Shown here piece by piece: positions 20,080 through 29,945 of a stretch of 64,000 bases of DNA (within the stretch, counting starts at the first letter, position 1; each line of letters starts with the position of its first letter). This DNA is from an uncultured Nitrososphaerota archaeon (GTDB lineage: Archaea > Thermoproteota > EX4484-205 > JAAOZP01). The translations under genes and the position numbers were made by a program. The notes under the pieces are model-generated. The model did not search any database, was not told the DNA's origin, and saw nothing but the letters and a program-made list of their open reading frames with translations. The stretch is taken from the NCBI GenBank assembly GCA_964416155.1, contig CAYQCW010000005.1, forward strand, positions 1-64,000, read 5' to 3'.

Positions 20080-20140
20080 CCCTTTAAATCTGGTTTAAAT
20101 CAGTTTACTTTAGTTCATTTCAGTTTAAAAGGGTTTTTAA
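20080..20140 (+). promoter_or_regulatory. Phased 10-bp CAGTTTAAAA-like array upstream of a BRE/TATA (cttaaata ~20155)
   Basis: Units tggtttaaat, cagtttactt, tagttcattt, cagtttaaaa at 20091, 20101, 20111, 20121. Confidence 0.55.
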
Positions 20141-20210
20141 ACAAGGGAAAAAAACTTAAATATTTGGACAGGGTGAACATGACATAGGGGTGGGGGGAGG
20201 GGTCGAAAAA

Positions 20211-20300
20211 GTGGCAGCGACTAGTGTGGAAGGAGGTAAAAGTGTTAGATGCTCGTCTAGCCCCAGACCCCTTGTTTTCAAGGAGGTGTCTCCTGGTTGA
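20211..20300 (+). CDS. Putative 29-aa leader ORF coupled to the downstream gene
   Basis: GAGGGG RBS, GTG start, MAATSVEGGKSVRCSSSPRPLVFKEVSPG*. Its TGA overlaps the TTG start at 20297 (TTGA). Confidence 0.35.
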   Translation: MAATSVEGGKSVRCSSSPRPLVFKEVSPG

Positions 20301-20503
20301 GCTGGAGCGAGAGAGAGGAGGAGCTGCTCAGGTACCTGAAGGCTGAGCTTAAGAAGGTAAGGGAGAAGAAGGATGTTGCCATAGGGCAGGACGCCTACAC
20401 GTTATTGTGCAAGAAGGAGAAGACCTTGATAGAAGAGATTTCGAAGCTTTACGCTCGGCGTCAGGTTGCACAGCAGACGGCTAAGGTTAAAGTATCTCTT
20501 TAA
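20297..20503 (+). CDS. Small coiled-coil hypothetical protein
   Basis: Strong AGGAGGTG RBS and charged helical sequence. Confidence 0.7.
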   Translation: MSWSEREEELLRYLKAELKKVREKKDVAIGQDAYTLLCKKEKTLIEEISKLYARRQVAQQTAKVKVSL

Positions 20504-20573
20504 AATGAGTCAGACCCCTCGCGTTACGGATCTTAGGCTAAGGTTTTTAAGCTTAAGACAGCCCTCTTAGCTA

Positions 20574-21476
20574 ATGGATGGTGAAGAAGAGGGTAAACCG
20601 GTTTTAACCAGGATCATGAAGGAGTATAGAGAGTTTTTCGCGAGAGTAATGGAGTCCGGCGACGAGGATAGAATAAGGCTGGCTGCGGTTTTCTACGATT
20701 GGATTAACGACTCCGTGGAGGAAACGATGGATGCTGCTGAAAAAGCATTCCTGTTCCGCTCCATTTTCGCGATGGCTAAGAGACTGCTTGACTCAAGGCT
20801 TGGCGAAGACAGGCTTTCAAAGATAGGTTTGATAATAAGCAACCTGAGGTCGCGGCAAGACTCTAGAGACGCCTTGTTCACTGCAGAATACTTGAAGCTG
20901 CAGCTTTTCGAAGACTGCGGACTCGACTCCGGGGAAACAGACTGGGAGCTGGTGGACAAGTATCTGGAACACTGGGCTGAGGCCTCTAGCAGGGAGGAGT
21001 TTGAAATCACCTATTATGAGAGGAGCGGGGATGGAAAAATAGTGGCGGATGAGAGCAGGCTTGCTGAGGCTGGACCAGCCTTCTTCAGACACTGCTCAGC
21101 CGAGTGTGTTGAATGGTTCTACAGCATGATGCTTAAGCCGATAGACTATACTCCGGGCTCGCTGGTTGAGCTGGACAGGGTTATTGACGCATACTGGCCC
21201 AAGCAGCTTTTCAAGGACGTGGACATGGGGGATGAGGAAAACACTTACAGCACGATACTGCTTAGACTTGTGCTCATGACTGGCAGCTACCTGGGAGAAG
21301 TGCTCGTCAGGAGCCTCGGCGGCAAATGGGAGAAGGCTGAACCCTCAGGATGGCATATTCTCCTGAAAGAGTCGAGGATAAACGTGTTCCACATAGCTGA
21401 GGAATCGCTTAAAGACGCCTCCAGGTTCCACGACGCGTTTAAACTCGCGGAGAAAATCAGCATGTCTGAAGTCTAG
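20574..21476 (+). CDS. Acidic hypothetical protein with DUF3806-like C-terminal domain
   Basis: DYTPGSLVELDRVI...GSYLGEVLVRSLGGKW pattern. Confidence 0.6.
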   Translation: MDGEEEGKPVLTRIMKEYREFFARVMESGDEDRIRLAAVFYDWINDSVEETMDAAEKAFLFRSIFAMAKRLLDSRLGEDRLSKIGLIISNLRSRQDSRDALFTAEYLKLQLFEDCGLDSGETDWELVDKYLEHWAEASSREEFEITYYERSGDGKIVADESRLAEAGPAFFRHCSAECVEWFYSMMLKPIDYTPGSLVELDRVIDAYWPKQLFKDVDMGDEENTYSTILLRLVLMTGSYLGEVLVRSLGGKWEKAEPSGWHILLKESRINVFHIAEESLKDASRFHDAFKLAEKISMSEV

Positions 21477-21601
21477 CCTTCAAGAGAAGAAGCTTCAAGA
21501 GCTTTACCGTGCGTGCTGAACCTTGAAAGGGGGAATGGTCTTGAAGCAGGAATACTGCTTCTCAATTCAACTTTTCCCCGACGGGTTTTCAGTGGAACCT
21601 G

Positions 21602-22900
21602 TCACCCGTAGAATTGTGGAAGCCACTCTCTTTCAGCCTCAAACATCTCGTTAACCATCTTCCTTATTTCCTCAGGCGTCAACACCGCGGCTGTCAACGG
21701 GTCGAATAGGACCGCTTGGTAAGCCAACTCCCTGTCAGCCTCAATAGCAGCTTTCACCGCCAGTTCCTGAACATTTATATTGGTCCTGTTCAACGCGGCG
21801 CACTGCGGTGGAAGATCACCGACATAGCAGGGGTGCAGCCCGCCTTCATCGACGAAGCACGGAACCTCCACGCAACACCCGTAAGGCAGGTTCGTTACAA
21901 TACTCGTGTTTTCAACATTACCGTTTATCCTACGGATCGACCCTGTTTCCATAGAGTCTATTATCATAACCCCGTACTCATGGGAACGCTTTATTTCAAT
22001 CTGTTCCTCGCCGGAGACCTGTCTCCTTATCTGCTCATAATGAGGCTTCCATGCTTCCTGACATATCTGGTAGTAGAACCATCTTGGCTCGCAGTACTTC
22101 TTACGCCTCTCCTCATTCACCCTGAAATATGGAACGTATTCTCCAAGATGATGGCTAGACTCCGTTACGAAATAGCCGAGGGCCTTCATCATCTCGAACC
22201 TAACCTTATCCTTCTCATAGACATCCGGTTTCTTCATGGCTTCCCGCAGCAACGGGTAAGCATCTTTCCCAAGATGCTTAAACTCTAGGAAGAAGGCTTG
22301 ATGATTAATGCCAGCCACCCAGTAGTAAACCTCCTCGTAGGGAGCCCCTATGTAGCTTGAAAGCTGCATAGCAGTCCCCTGAACACTGTGGCAGAGCCCA
22401 ACGTTCCTTATTCTCGTAGCCCTGTTCATAGCCCAACAGTTTATCGCCATCGGGTTCGCGTAGTTTATCAGTAGGGCGTCTGGACAGAGGTCCTCCATGT
22501 CCCGACATATGTCGATGAGAACGGGTATTGTTCTCAACCCTCTGAAAACACCACCCGGCCCTAGCGTGTCTCCAACCTCCTGGTTCACACCGTATTTAAG
22601 AGGTATGTAGATATCCTTCTCAAACGCCTTAAGCCCGCCCACCTGTATCATGATTATGACGTAGTCGGCGCCTTCAAGAGCCTCCCTCCGGTTAAGCGTG
22701 CTGCTTACTTTCACGTTGGGAGCATGTTTTGAAGTCATAATTTTCGCGAGCCCGGATATCGTTTTAAGCCGCTCCGCATCAATATCCATCAGACATAGTT
22801 CTGATTCTCTTAGCTCCGGATAGGAGAGAATGTCTGAGATCAGGGTCCTTGCGAACACAACGCTGCCCGCTCCGATGAAAACTATTCTAGGGCCTTTCAA
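21602..22900 (-). CDS. melA: Alpha-galactosidase/alpha-glucosidase, GH4 (NAD+-dependent)
   Basis: IGAGSVVF, GDTLGPGG, NYANPM, GLCHSV, AGINH, ESSHH motifs. Confidence 0.9.
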   Translation of the reverse strand: MKGPRIVFIGAGSVVFARTLISDILSYPELRESELCLMDIDAERLKTISGLAKIMTSKHAPNVKVSSTLNRREALEGADYVIIMIQVGGLKAFEKDIYIPLKYGVNQEVGDTLGPGGVFRGLRTIPVLIDICRDMEDLCPDALLINYANPMAINCWAMNRATRIRNVGLCHSVQGTAMQLSSYIGAPYEEVYYWVAGINHQAFFLEFKHLGKDAYPLLREAMKKPDVYEKDKVRFEMMKALGYFVTESSHHLGEYVPYFRVNEERRKKYCEPRWFYYQICQEAWKPHYEQIRRQVSGEEQIEIKRSHEYGVMIIDSMETGSIRRINGNVENTSIVTNLPYGCCVEVPCFVDEGGLHPCYVGDLPPQCAALNRTNINVQELAVKAAIEADRELAYQAVLFDPLTAAVLTPEEIRKMVNEMFEAEREWLPQFYG

Positions 22901-23051
22901 CCCTCCGGGAAACGGTTCTCACATATAAAAGCCTACCGTTGTTTTCAAAAAGGCTGTTAACAGGATATTTACGGCTAATATTAAGCGGGTTAGCTGGAGT
23001 TTTAAAAGTTATTAACCCTAGCCGTATAATAAATCTGCGAGGGGAGGATGC

Positions 23052-23441
23052 TTGTCCTCGGAGAAGGAGGAGAAAAAAGTCAGGGACATTATGACTTCTC
23101 CCGTCGTCAGCGTTCTTCCAACTGATTCAGTGTTTGAAGCCGCAAGCAAAATGATGAGTTATGGGATAGGGGCTGTTGTGATCGAGTCTGGGGGGAAACC
23201 TGAGGGGATAGTGACGGAGAGGGACCTGATAAGGAGGGTTTTAATGGAGGGTAAGGATCCTAAGAAGGTTGCTTGCAGAGAGATAATGAGCAAGCCGCTT
23301 GTCACGATCGACTCGGAGGCATCTATCCTTAAAGCGATAACGCTGATGAAGGAGAAGGAGATAAGGAGGATCGTTGTAGTGAAAGGAGGCAGAACCGTCG
23401 GAATAGTTACTGAGAAAGAGCTGATAAGAAACCTGTTTTAG
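23052..23441 (+). CDS. CBS-domain pair protein
   Basis: VRDIMT...GIVTERDL and EIMSKP...GIVTEKEL. Confidence 0.93.
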   Translation: MSSEKEEKKVRDIMTSPVVSVLPTDSVFEAASKMMSYGIGAVVIESGGKPEGIVTERDLIRRVLMEGKDPKKVACREIMSKPLVTIDSEASILKAITLMKEKEIRRIVVVKGGRTVGIVTEKELIRNLF

Positions 23442-23611
23442 AGAAACAACTTTTTCTCGTTTAATGCTGCAGAGGCAAAGCTATTTCCCTCCTGCCCCTG
23501 CTTTCGAAGCGAGACCCGGTAGGGAAAATAACTGTTTAACCGTTGACCATGAACACGTTTAAGCCTGTGCGCCGATGAGAAAAGCGTGTCTTAGCAAGCA
23601 TTCCTGGTTTA

Positions 23612-26155
23612 TTACACCATTGTTCCCGAGGCAGTGTACACCTGCTGGGGGGAACGCCTTCTCGCCAACGTTCTCCTCAAGAAGAATACGGCTAGCAGGA
23701 TTACTATTAGGGATATGGCTAGCAGGTAGAACCATAACGGTATGCCGACAGTGTATGTTGAAACACCTGTCTGAAACCTGTTGCCAGCGTTATCAACAGC
23801 CTCAACATAGTATTGAACCTCCGTGAAGAAGAACTGGGAGGGTATTGAACCCTTGTAGAGGCCTTCCTGAAGACTCATCACCGTCCTAACCCATGAAGAC
23901 CCTTTATCCGTCGAGTAGCAGAGGTAGACTTCTCTAACGCCCGAAGGCTCGTCGGAAACCGTGCATACTACTGTCGCCGCCTCTCCGAAAACAGGGTTTG
24001 AAGGCCCTGAGAGGCCCGTGATTGCTGGCGGCCTAGTGTCAAGAATCAGCGTGAACGAGTAGCTGTACACATTCGAGTTGTTCAGATTATCAGTCAGCCT
24101 GATGCTCCAGCTGTGGCCTCCCTCGCTTAAGCTTGCAGTCTTAATATACCTGTCACCGTTTTTAACCATGAACCCGTGCGAGATACCGTCTACGGTCAGC
24201 TCAACCTCCCTGACTCCCGATGAGTCAGCAGGCTTAACTATTAGAAAGATGGTTCTAGAGCTTGAAAAGAATCTTCCGGATGGAGAGGCATCCTCAACCC
24301 TGGGGGGAGACTTATCCAGGAATAACTCCAGTTTCCTCTCAGCCTCAGCATTATCAGCCCTGTCTACGCTATAATACCTTATCTCATGCCTGCCTTCAGA
24401 ATAGGATGAAAGCTCAAGGGCAGTATTGTAAGCCTCCCAAGGGTTCTCGTCAAACCTGTAAAATGTTTTTTTAACACCGCTCAAATCATCCTCGGCGGAG
24501 AAAACAAGAAGCGTTGAACCGGAGACGTAGAGGCTCCCATTGGCCTCATGCTTCGGCCCCCTAATCATTATCAGCGTGGCAGGCGGAGCATTGTCGACGA
24601 GAACAGTAATGTTCGCTGTGAATGTGAAGCCCATGGCTGAGGCTGTTAAAGTATGGTTTCCAACCATAGTGTCAAAGTAGTCTACCTGGACAGTGCTGGA
24701 GCCCGCTGGAATCGTCACGCTTGTTATTCTCGCAGACGTCCCGAAAAGCCTGAACTCTCCGTCTGGGGAGGATGTTGAAAGACTCACGGTCACGTTTAAC
24801 GTGTTGTCAGCTTCAAAACCCTTAACATCCCTAAGCGATAAGCTTAGGGGTGAGAAAACTACGCCCGCAGCCATCTTGAAGCTCCTGGGCTCGATTACAA
24901 GCTTCGCGGGAGGGCCTGCTGTAACTTGGAACAGGTTGCTCTCACCGGTTTTCCCAATGCCTGTAGTCGTAATCCTTACGCTTCTGCTTATCCTGCTAAT
25001 GGTTACGGAGCCGGACCATTTCCCGTTGGTGAAGACCCCGGTTTTATTAGGGCTGATGGTGCCCGTCGCGTCTGAAAGAGTGTTAACCCCATCGTAATCA
25101 GTCTTGACATTCCCATACGTGTCGCGCGCGATTATGGTTATCTGGAAAGGCATCGCGACCTGCTTCGGAGAATCTATTGTTTCAAACTCAAAACCTGCTA
25201 ATGGGCCTGGAGTAACTCTAAGGGTTTCAGCGTCACCAACATAGTCAGGATAGTCCACTGCTTTAACACTTATACTCCATGTTCCAGCCTTCTCCTCGTA
25301 ATAGTAGAAGTCCGCGAAAATGGCGCCATCCCGTATTGTTAACTCCGTTATCGCATCCCCATTCTGCGTCAAGGAGAATTTCCTACTCGTCGAGTTTGAG
25401 TTTGAATCAAGCCTGACCCTTAGGGAGCCGCGCGTAATCCTCTCACCGGTCTCCGTCTCCCTGTAGACCCTCATTCTAATCCAGCCCCCAGCCTGCATGG
25501 AGCCTCCGGAGGAGACAAGGTCTAGACGTGGAGGAGAGTATTTGACTTCAAGATAGGGACGCTTGCTCGAATCCTTATGCTCCCTGGAATACATCCAGAA
25601 CGGGTGGCTGAACTGGCCCGTGCCCTCGGCATAATCCCTCAGCATCCAGCCGAAGTTAGGCTCGTAGACAGCGCGGCTTCCGGAGACGAATTTTACGAGG
25701 GAGCTCTTAACGTCCAGTTTAAGCCACTTCGGCTTATCGCCTGTTGAAACCGATGCTACGAACAGGCTTGCACCCGGCTGGTTTCTCCAAGTAACACTGC
25801 CCTCATCCCAGTCTCCTTCAGTAACTTGGTAGCATGCTAAACTCCTGTTTAAATCCGGAGGATCATACATGTATATGTTTAGGATGGCGGAAACAATTAT
25901 GGAGCCTGGAGGTATGCTGGTCAAATCGAACATTATGAAGGAACGGTCTCGGAAACCCTCCATGTAATTAACCCCTATTACCCAGTTGAAGCCGAAATTA
26001 CGGTCAGGATCATCCTCGTAGACCACAGCATCCTTTAAAGGATTGAATACCCTAGTGTACTGAGGCCCGCCGGCTGACGTGTAAACAGTGAACCCTGGTA
26101 TAGCGGTGTAAACCAGCAGCGCAACCGCAAGAGGGAGCAACCCCATCCTTTTCAA
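23612..26155 (-). CDS. Secreted, C-terminally anchored surface protein with DNRLRE-type and Ig-like domains
   Basis: Signal peptide, DAVVYEDDPDRNFG...RSFIMFDL...A.L.IY, DxxPP-delimited Ig-like repeats, C-terminal TM helix with basic tail. Confidence 0.8.
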   Translation of the reverse strand: MKRMGLLPLAVALLVYTAIPGFTVYTSAGGPQYTRVFNPLKDAVVYEDDPDRNFGFNWVIGVNYMEGFRDRSFIMFDLTSIPPGSIIVSAILNIYMYDPPDLNRSLACYQVTEGDWDEGSVTWRNQPGASLFVASVSTGDKPKWLKLDVKSSLVKFVSGSRAVYEPNFGWMLRDYAEGTGQFSHPFWMYSREHKDSSKRPYLEVKYSPPRLDLVSSGGSMQAGGWIRMRVYRETETGERITRGSLRVRLDSNSNSTSRKFSLTQNGDAITELTIRDGAIFADFYYYEEKAGTWSISVKAVDYPDYVGDAETLRVTPGPLAGFEFETIDSPKQVAMPFQITIIARDTYGNVKTDYDGVNTLSDATGTISPNKTGVFTNGKWSGSVTISRISRSVRITTTGIGKTGESNLFQVTAGPPAKLVIEPRSFKMAAGVVFSPLSLSLRDVKGFEADNTLNVTVSLSTSSPDGEFRLFGTSARITSVTIPAGSSTVQVDYFDTMVGNHTLTASAMGFTFTANITVLVDNAPPATLIMIRGPKHEANGSLYVSGSTLLVFSAEDDLSGVKKTFYRFDENPWEAYNTALELSSYSEGRHEIRYYSVDRADNAEAERKLELFLDKSPPRVEDASPSGRFFSSSRTIFLIVKPADSSGVREVELTVDGISHGFMVKNGDRYIKTASLSEGGHSWSIRLTDNLNNSNVYSYSFTLILDTRPPAITGLSGPSNPVFGEAATVVCTVSDEPSGVREVYLCYSTDKGSSWVRTVMSLQEGLYKGSIPSQFFFTEVQYYVEAVDNAGNRFQTGVSTYTVGIPLWFYLLAISLIVILLAVFFLRRTLARRRSPQQVYTASGTMV

Positions 26156-26238
26156 CTCTCACAATATAAGGAGGATTAGGAAATATAACTTTTAGCTAGG
26201 CGGCTTATGGAAAACGGGTTGCAGGAAGGCGTCTGGGA

Positions 26239-27189
26239 TCATCTAAGCCTTTCGTCAAGCATCTCTATGAATTCCAAGAGCTTCCCGCGTGGAATCCTTG
26301 CTCCAGCAGCGTTAGAATGCCCACCGCCGATCCCCCCGAGCGCCCCGGCGACGCTCGACGTGACCCTGTGGAGGCCCCTCAATCCCACGGACCTGATGCT
26401 TAGATCAATGTTCTCACCCTGTTCTTCAGCCGCCACCCCGACTATTGTACCACCGTAAGCCCTAGCGTAGGTCGCAGCCTTCCCAAGCGACCATTTCACG
26501 TTCACAACGTACGATACGTTGCCATGAGTCTTCACCAGGCTCTTCACCAGGCGGCGCATCTCCTCATCCCTCTCGGACTCGCGTAAAGCCATTTCAACAA
26601 GGTTCCCATCTGAGCTTGGAAGCCTGTTTTCAGAAAGATGGTTGACGAGGCTCCTCTTGAAATCGAAATCCCTCCTTCTAACCCCCTCCAGCGCGGCCAC
26701 CAGGATCCCGGCTTCAAGGTAGAGCTCCCTCTTATCCCACTTCTCCAGCATCCTTCTAACCCCGGGCGTGTTATCACTATAGTCGCCTATCGCACCGTAG
26801 ATTGCAACCCTGCTAATCTCAGGCTCCAGCTCATCCTTAAAATAAGCGTAGGCGAGCTCAGAGGCACACGCGCCCCTAATTCCTTTAAGCGTCTTCACAG
26901 GCAGCCTACTAATGTTTAATCCCTGGGGAAGAGGATGGTGATCCAGGTAGACAACCTCATGCCTCGATCCAAGCCTCTTAAACTCTAAGGCTATCTCATC
27001 CCTATGTTTCTGAGTTAACGCTACATCAAGTATTATGATGCTCCCGGCTCCTATAGACTTGAGTTCTGAAAGAAGACCAGCAGGATTTGTGAATACTACT
27101 TTAGCATCCTTCCTGGCGGCAAGAACTATTGAGGCTGCGCAGACCCCGTCGCAATCCCCGTGTGCAAGAATAAGCTGCTCCATTTTCAA
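26239..27189 (-). CDS. DHH/DHHA1 phosphoesterase (RecJ/GAN-like)
   Basis: HGDCDG, ILDVA, YLDHH, GGHSNAAGA motifs. Confidence 0.9.
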   Translation of the reverse strand: MKMEQLILAHGDCDGVCAASIVLAARKDAKVVFTNPAGLLSELKSIGAGSIIILDVALTQKHRDEIALEFKRLGSRHEVVYLDHHPLPQGLNISRLPVKTLKGIRGACASELAYAYFKDELEPEISRVAIYGAIGDYSDNTPGVRRMLEKWDKRELYLEAGILVAALEGVRRRDFDFKRSLVNHLSENRLPSSDGNLVEMALRESERDEEMRRLVKSLVKTHGNVSYVVNVKWSLGKAATYARAYGGTIVGVAAEEQGENIDLSIRSVGLRGLHRVTSSVAGALGGIGGGHSNAAGARIPRGKLLEFIEMLDERLR

Positions 27190-27239
27190 TCAGCTTTTAA
27201 ATCCCCGCAGATAAAAAGATGCTTAACTCAAAGCAGCGT

Positions 27240-28451
27240 TTAAAGCTCCTTCTGCGGATTAATGCTTGCAAAGAATTCTTTAATCTCGCTTAAATTGAAA
27301 GCATAGGAGTTGACGACCCTCGCCTCGACCTCCCTAACGAATTCCCTTGTGAACTCAACGGGGAGCGTAATGTTCTCATCAATCAGGTCTATCGCGAGCG
27401 GAAGCCCCGTCGCCATGTTAAAGTTTTCAACGCTTGAGGAAAGCGTCTCCATCACATACTTCTCGGAGCCGAGTGGAGCCTCCAGCTCGAAAGGCGGATT
27501 CTCCTCGCTCACCTTAACTTGAAGCCTGTTAAGCCTAGATTGAAGCCTCACGACATAATCCTCAGGAACACCCAGAACCTTCGCCAGTCTTTCCACAGCC
27601 CATTCAACAGCTTCTTCAAAAGCATCCTTAGGCTCACGGTATTTCTCTCGAATCAAAAGCTCACTAACCCTGCTGTAAACCCTTTGAAGCTCAGCTCTTC
27701 CCAGAAGCTCCTTATAATCCAGGATTGCAGGCGGACTCATCAAATTATGCAGTATCTGCTTATCCAGATGGTTTACTAAAGGATTTTTCACACCGTCTTT
27801 AACGGACAGCCAGCCGCCTATAGCCCTGCTTCTACCCCTCTTAATGACCCCCGCGCATTTCCCAGAGTCCAGTAGGACACTGGTCACCTTCAATATTTCT
27901 CCGGTGGTTTCAAAGATTTCCTCCCTGATTTCTTTGGGAACAGGCAGACTTTTCGCAATCCTAGCAATCCTAAAAAGGGGATAAGCGAAGCCGAGGAAGC
28001 TTCCGTCTAGAAGAAGCAGATCAGGGTTTCTCTCCAAGGCTTTCAGAGCAGCCACTCTTTCAAGACGTGTTTCCCTAACGCTGAGAATAATGCTGAAAAG
28101 CTCTCTACCATAGGCTTGACTTTCACCCATGTTTCCAGGAAGATAACCCTCGTCAACTATCTTTTTACCCTTAACCATGATGAACCCTGCAGCGTAAACT
28201 GAGAATTTTGCGCCAATAGTCTCAGCAGGCCTTGGAGAGAAGGAGCCGTCGACCGCAGCTATGGATGTTTCCCTCGACGGTCCGAAACTCAAAGTTCGCG
28301 CATAGGGAGCTATTCTATGTTTCACAGACTCCATGAGGAGCCTGAAACCCCCTATTACCCCTATTAGCCGCTGAGCCTCGTCCTCAGCCTTCTGGTAGAA
28401 CTGCTCCTGGAGGTCTATGGGGAGCTTGCTCCAGGCTGTTTCAGAAGACAT
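27240..28451 (-). CDS. nurA: NurA-family 5'-3' nuclease
   Basis: AAVDGS and LLLDGS acidic motifs, GVIKR, C-terminal GLPLAIDLID. Lies 7 nt downstream of herA. Confidence 0.85.
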   Translation of the reverse strand: MSSETAWSKLPIDLQEQFYQKAEDEAQRLIGVIGGFRLLMESVKHRIAPYARTLSFGPSRETSIAAVDGSFSPRPAETIGAKFSVYAAGFIMVKGKKIVDEGYLPGNMGESQAYGRELFSIILSVRETRLERVAALKALERNPDLLLLDGSFLGFAYPLFRIARIAKSLPVPKEIREEIFETTGEILKVTSVLLDSGKCAGVIKRGRSRAIGGWLSVKDGVKNPLVNHLDKQILHNLMSPPAILDYKELLGRAELQRVYSRVSELLIREKYREPKDAFEEAVEWAVERLAKVLGVPEDYVVRLQSRLNRLQVKVSEENPPFELEAPLGSEKYVMETLSSSVENFNMATGLPLAIDLIDENITLPVEFTREFVREVEARVVNSYAFNLSEIKEFFASINPQKEL

Positions 28452-28458
28452 GGTTAAA

Positions 28459-29928
28459 TCAGTTCCCCGGCTTGAAGGATATTAGGAGAGGTATTGGCGA
28501 CGGGTTTGCCTTCCCCACGAAGTAGAATTGGCCTGGTTTCAGCGAGAGTAGATACTCCCTCTGAATCCCGTAGGGTTTAAGCCAGTTGTCAGCCTCCTGC
28601 ATGTCAAGCGGGTGCAGGGCTCCGAAGAACTGTGTGTTAAGATTCCTTCTTACGGCAGCGTTTATACCGATGTCCCCAGCTATCCCTTGAGATATTAAGA
28701 CGATGCAAAGCCTGTGTTTCCTCCCCAGGGCGCAGAGGTTTTTAATGTGTTCAGTAGACTCGTACTGTATCCCTCTGGGCTCCCATGGCGCGTACTGTGG
28801 TCCCTCGTCTATCACCAACGCAACACCGAGAGACTCCCCGAGCTCCATACCCTCCTCGAGAAACCTTGCGAGAGAGTTGAAGAAGGAGAGCTTCTCGTCA
28901 CTCCCCACTAGGCTCATGTCGACAACTCTAAGACCCTTCTCCTCCCTTCTCAAATCCTCCACCAGCTCCTCGATGCTTAAAGAGCCCCTGACGGCCTCCA
29001 GGTCGATCGGCCTAAGCTTCTTGAAACCATACTCCAGCCGGCGTAGAGCAGTTCTCTTAAAATCCTCCCTTATCGAGGACTGTCTAATCCCGTTTTCTAA
29101 ATGGTTCTTCATGTCTAGAAAAATCTCCTCAGAGGATTTCTGACGCATCTCCTCCCATCTTCTCGAAATATAGTCCTCCAGAGCCTCCTTGACAGGGTTT
29201 GAATCCCTAGCCTGACCCGTGTAGCCGAAGTGCTCAGCCTTCTCCAGTATGTATCGCACTATCGCCTCCTCGTCGAGCTTAAGATAGGAGATGGGGACCG
29301 CCTTATCCTTGTAGTGTGAAGCATAATCCTCGCCACTCCAGTCTAGAATCAGAACCTTGAAGCCCGACTCCAGGAGGATCGGGACAAGGATGAACCTTGT
29401 CAGCCAAGACTTACCGCTCCCCGTCGCGCCGAACACGCCGACATGGTATGGTAGGAAGGAGCTGTCGAAAGGTATTCTCCAATCCTCATGGCCCTCGAGA
29501 TAAGCATTCCAGACAACCGGCTTGTTTCTCGCAACGTGTTCAAGGGGATTGGAGACCCCCGGCTTAAACATGTAGACGCTGCTCCTAGGAGGTATTATCA
29601 TGCGGTTCTGCTCAATCCCGTTATCAGTCAAAACCCCTATCACCATTATTTCGAAAGTATATATTTCCCTGGCTCCCGAGGGGACTCCTCCCCTCTTAGC
29701 GTAGGCAACGCTCGGCCTGTAGGCATTAGCCCTGAGAGCCTCGTTAACCCCGCTCCCGCTCCTAAGAACACCAAGCACCTCCCCCGTCGGAGTATCGATC
29801 ACAACAATCTCCTCAGCCCTAACCTTAAGCTCCTTCTCCTCCTCTAGGAGAAGCCTGGACCTGGTTTCACTAGAATCACTGGCGATTATACCAACTTTTT
29901 CCAGATCCTCCTGTTTGAGAATACGCAT
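28459..29928 (-). CDS. herA: HerA/FtsK-family ATPase (bipolar helicase-like)
   Basis: N-terminal HAS-like barrel, HVGVFGATGSGKS Walker A, ILDWSGED, LVIDEG Walker B, GRKH arginine finger, ISQ. Confidence 0.9.
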   Translation of the reverse strand: MRILKQEDLEKVGIIASDSSETRSRLLLEEEKELKVRAEEIVVIDTPTGEVLGVLRSGSGVNEALRANAYRPSVAYAKRGGVPSGAREIYTFEIMVIGVLTDNGIEQNRMIIPPRSSVYMFKPGVSNPLEHVARNKPVVWNAYLEGHEDWRIPFDSSFLPYHVGVFGATGSGKSWLTRFILVPILLESGFKVLILDWSGEDYASHYKDKAVPISYLKLDEEAIVRYILEKAEHFGYTGQARDSNPVKEALEDYISRRWEEMRQKSSEEIFLDMKNHLENGIRQSSIREDFKRTALRRLEYGFKKLRPIDLEAVRGSLSIEELVEDLRREEKGLRVVDMSLVGSDEKLSFFNSLARFLEEGMELGESLGVALVIDEGPQYAPWEPRGIQYESTEHIKNLCALGRKHRLCIVLISQGIAGDIGINAAVRRNLNTQFFGALHPLDMQEADNWLKPYGIQREYLLSLKPGQFYFVGKANPSPIPLLISFKPGN

Positions 29929-29945
29929 GGTTTACCACGTACAAA

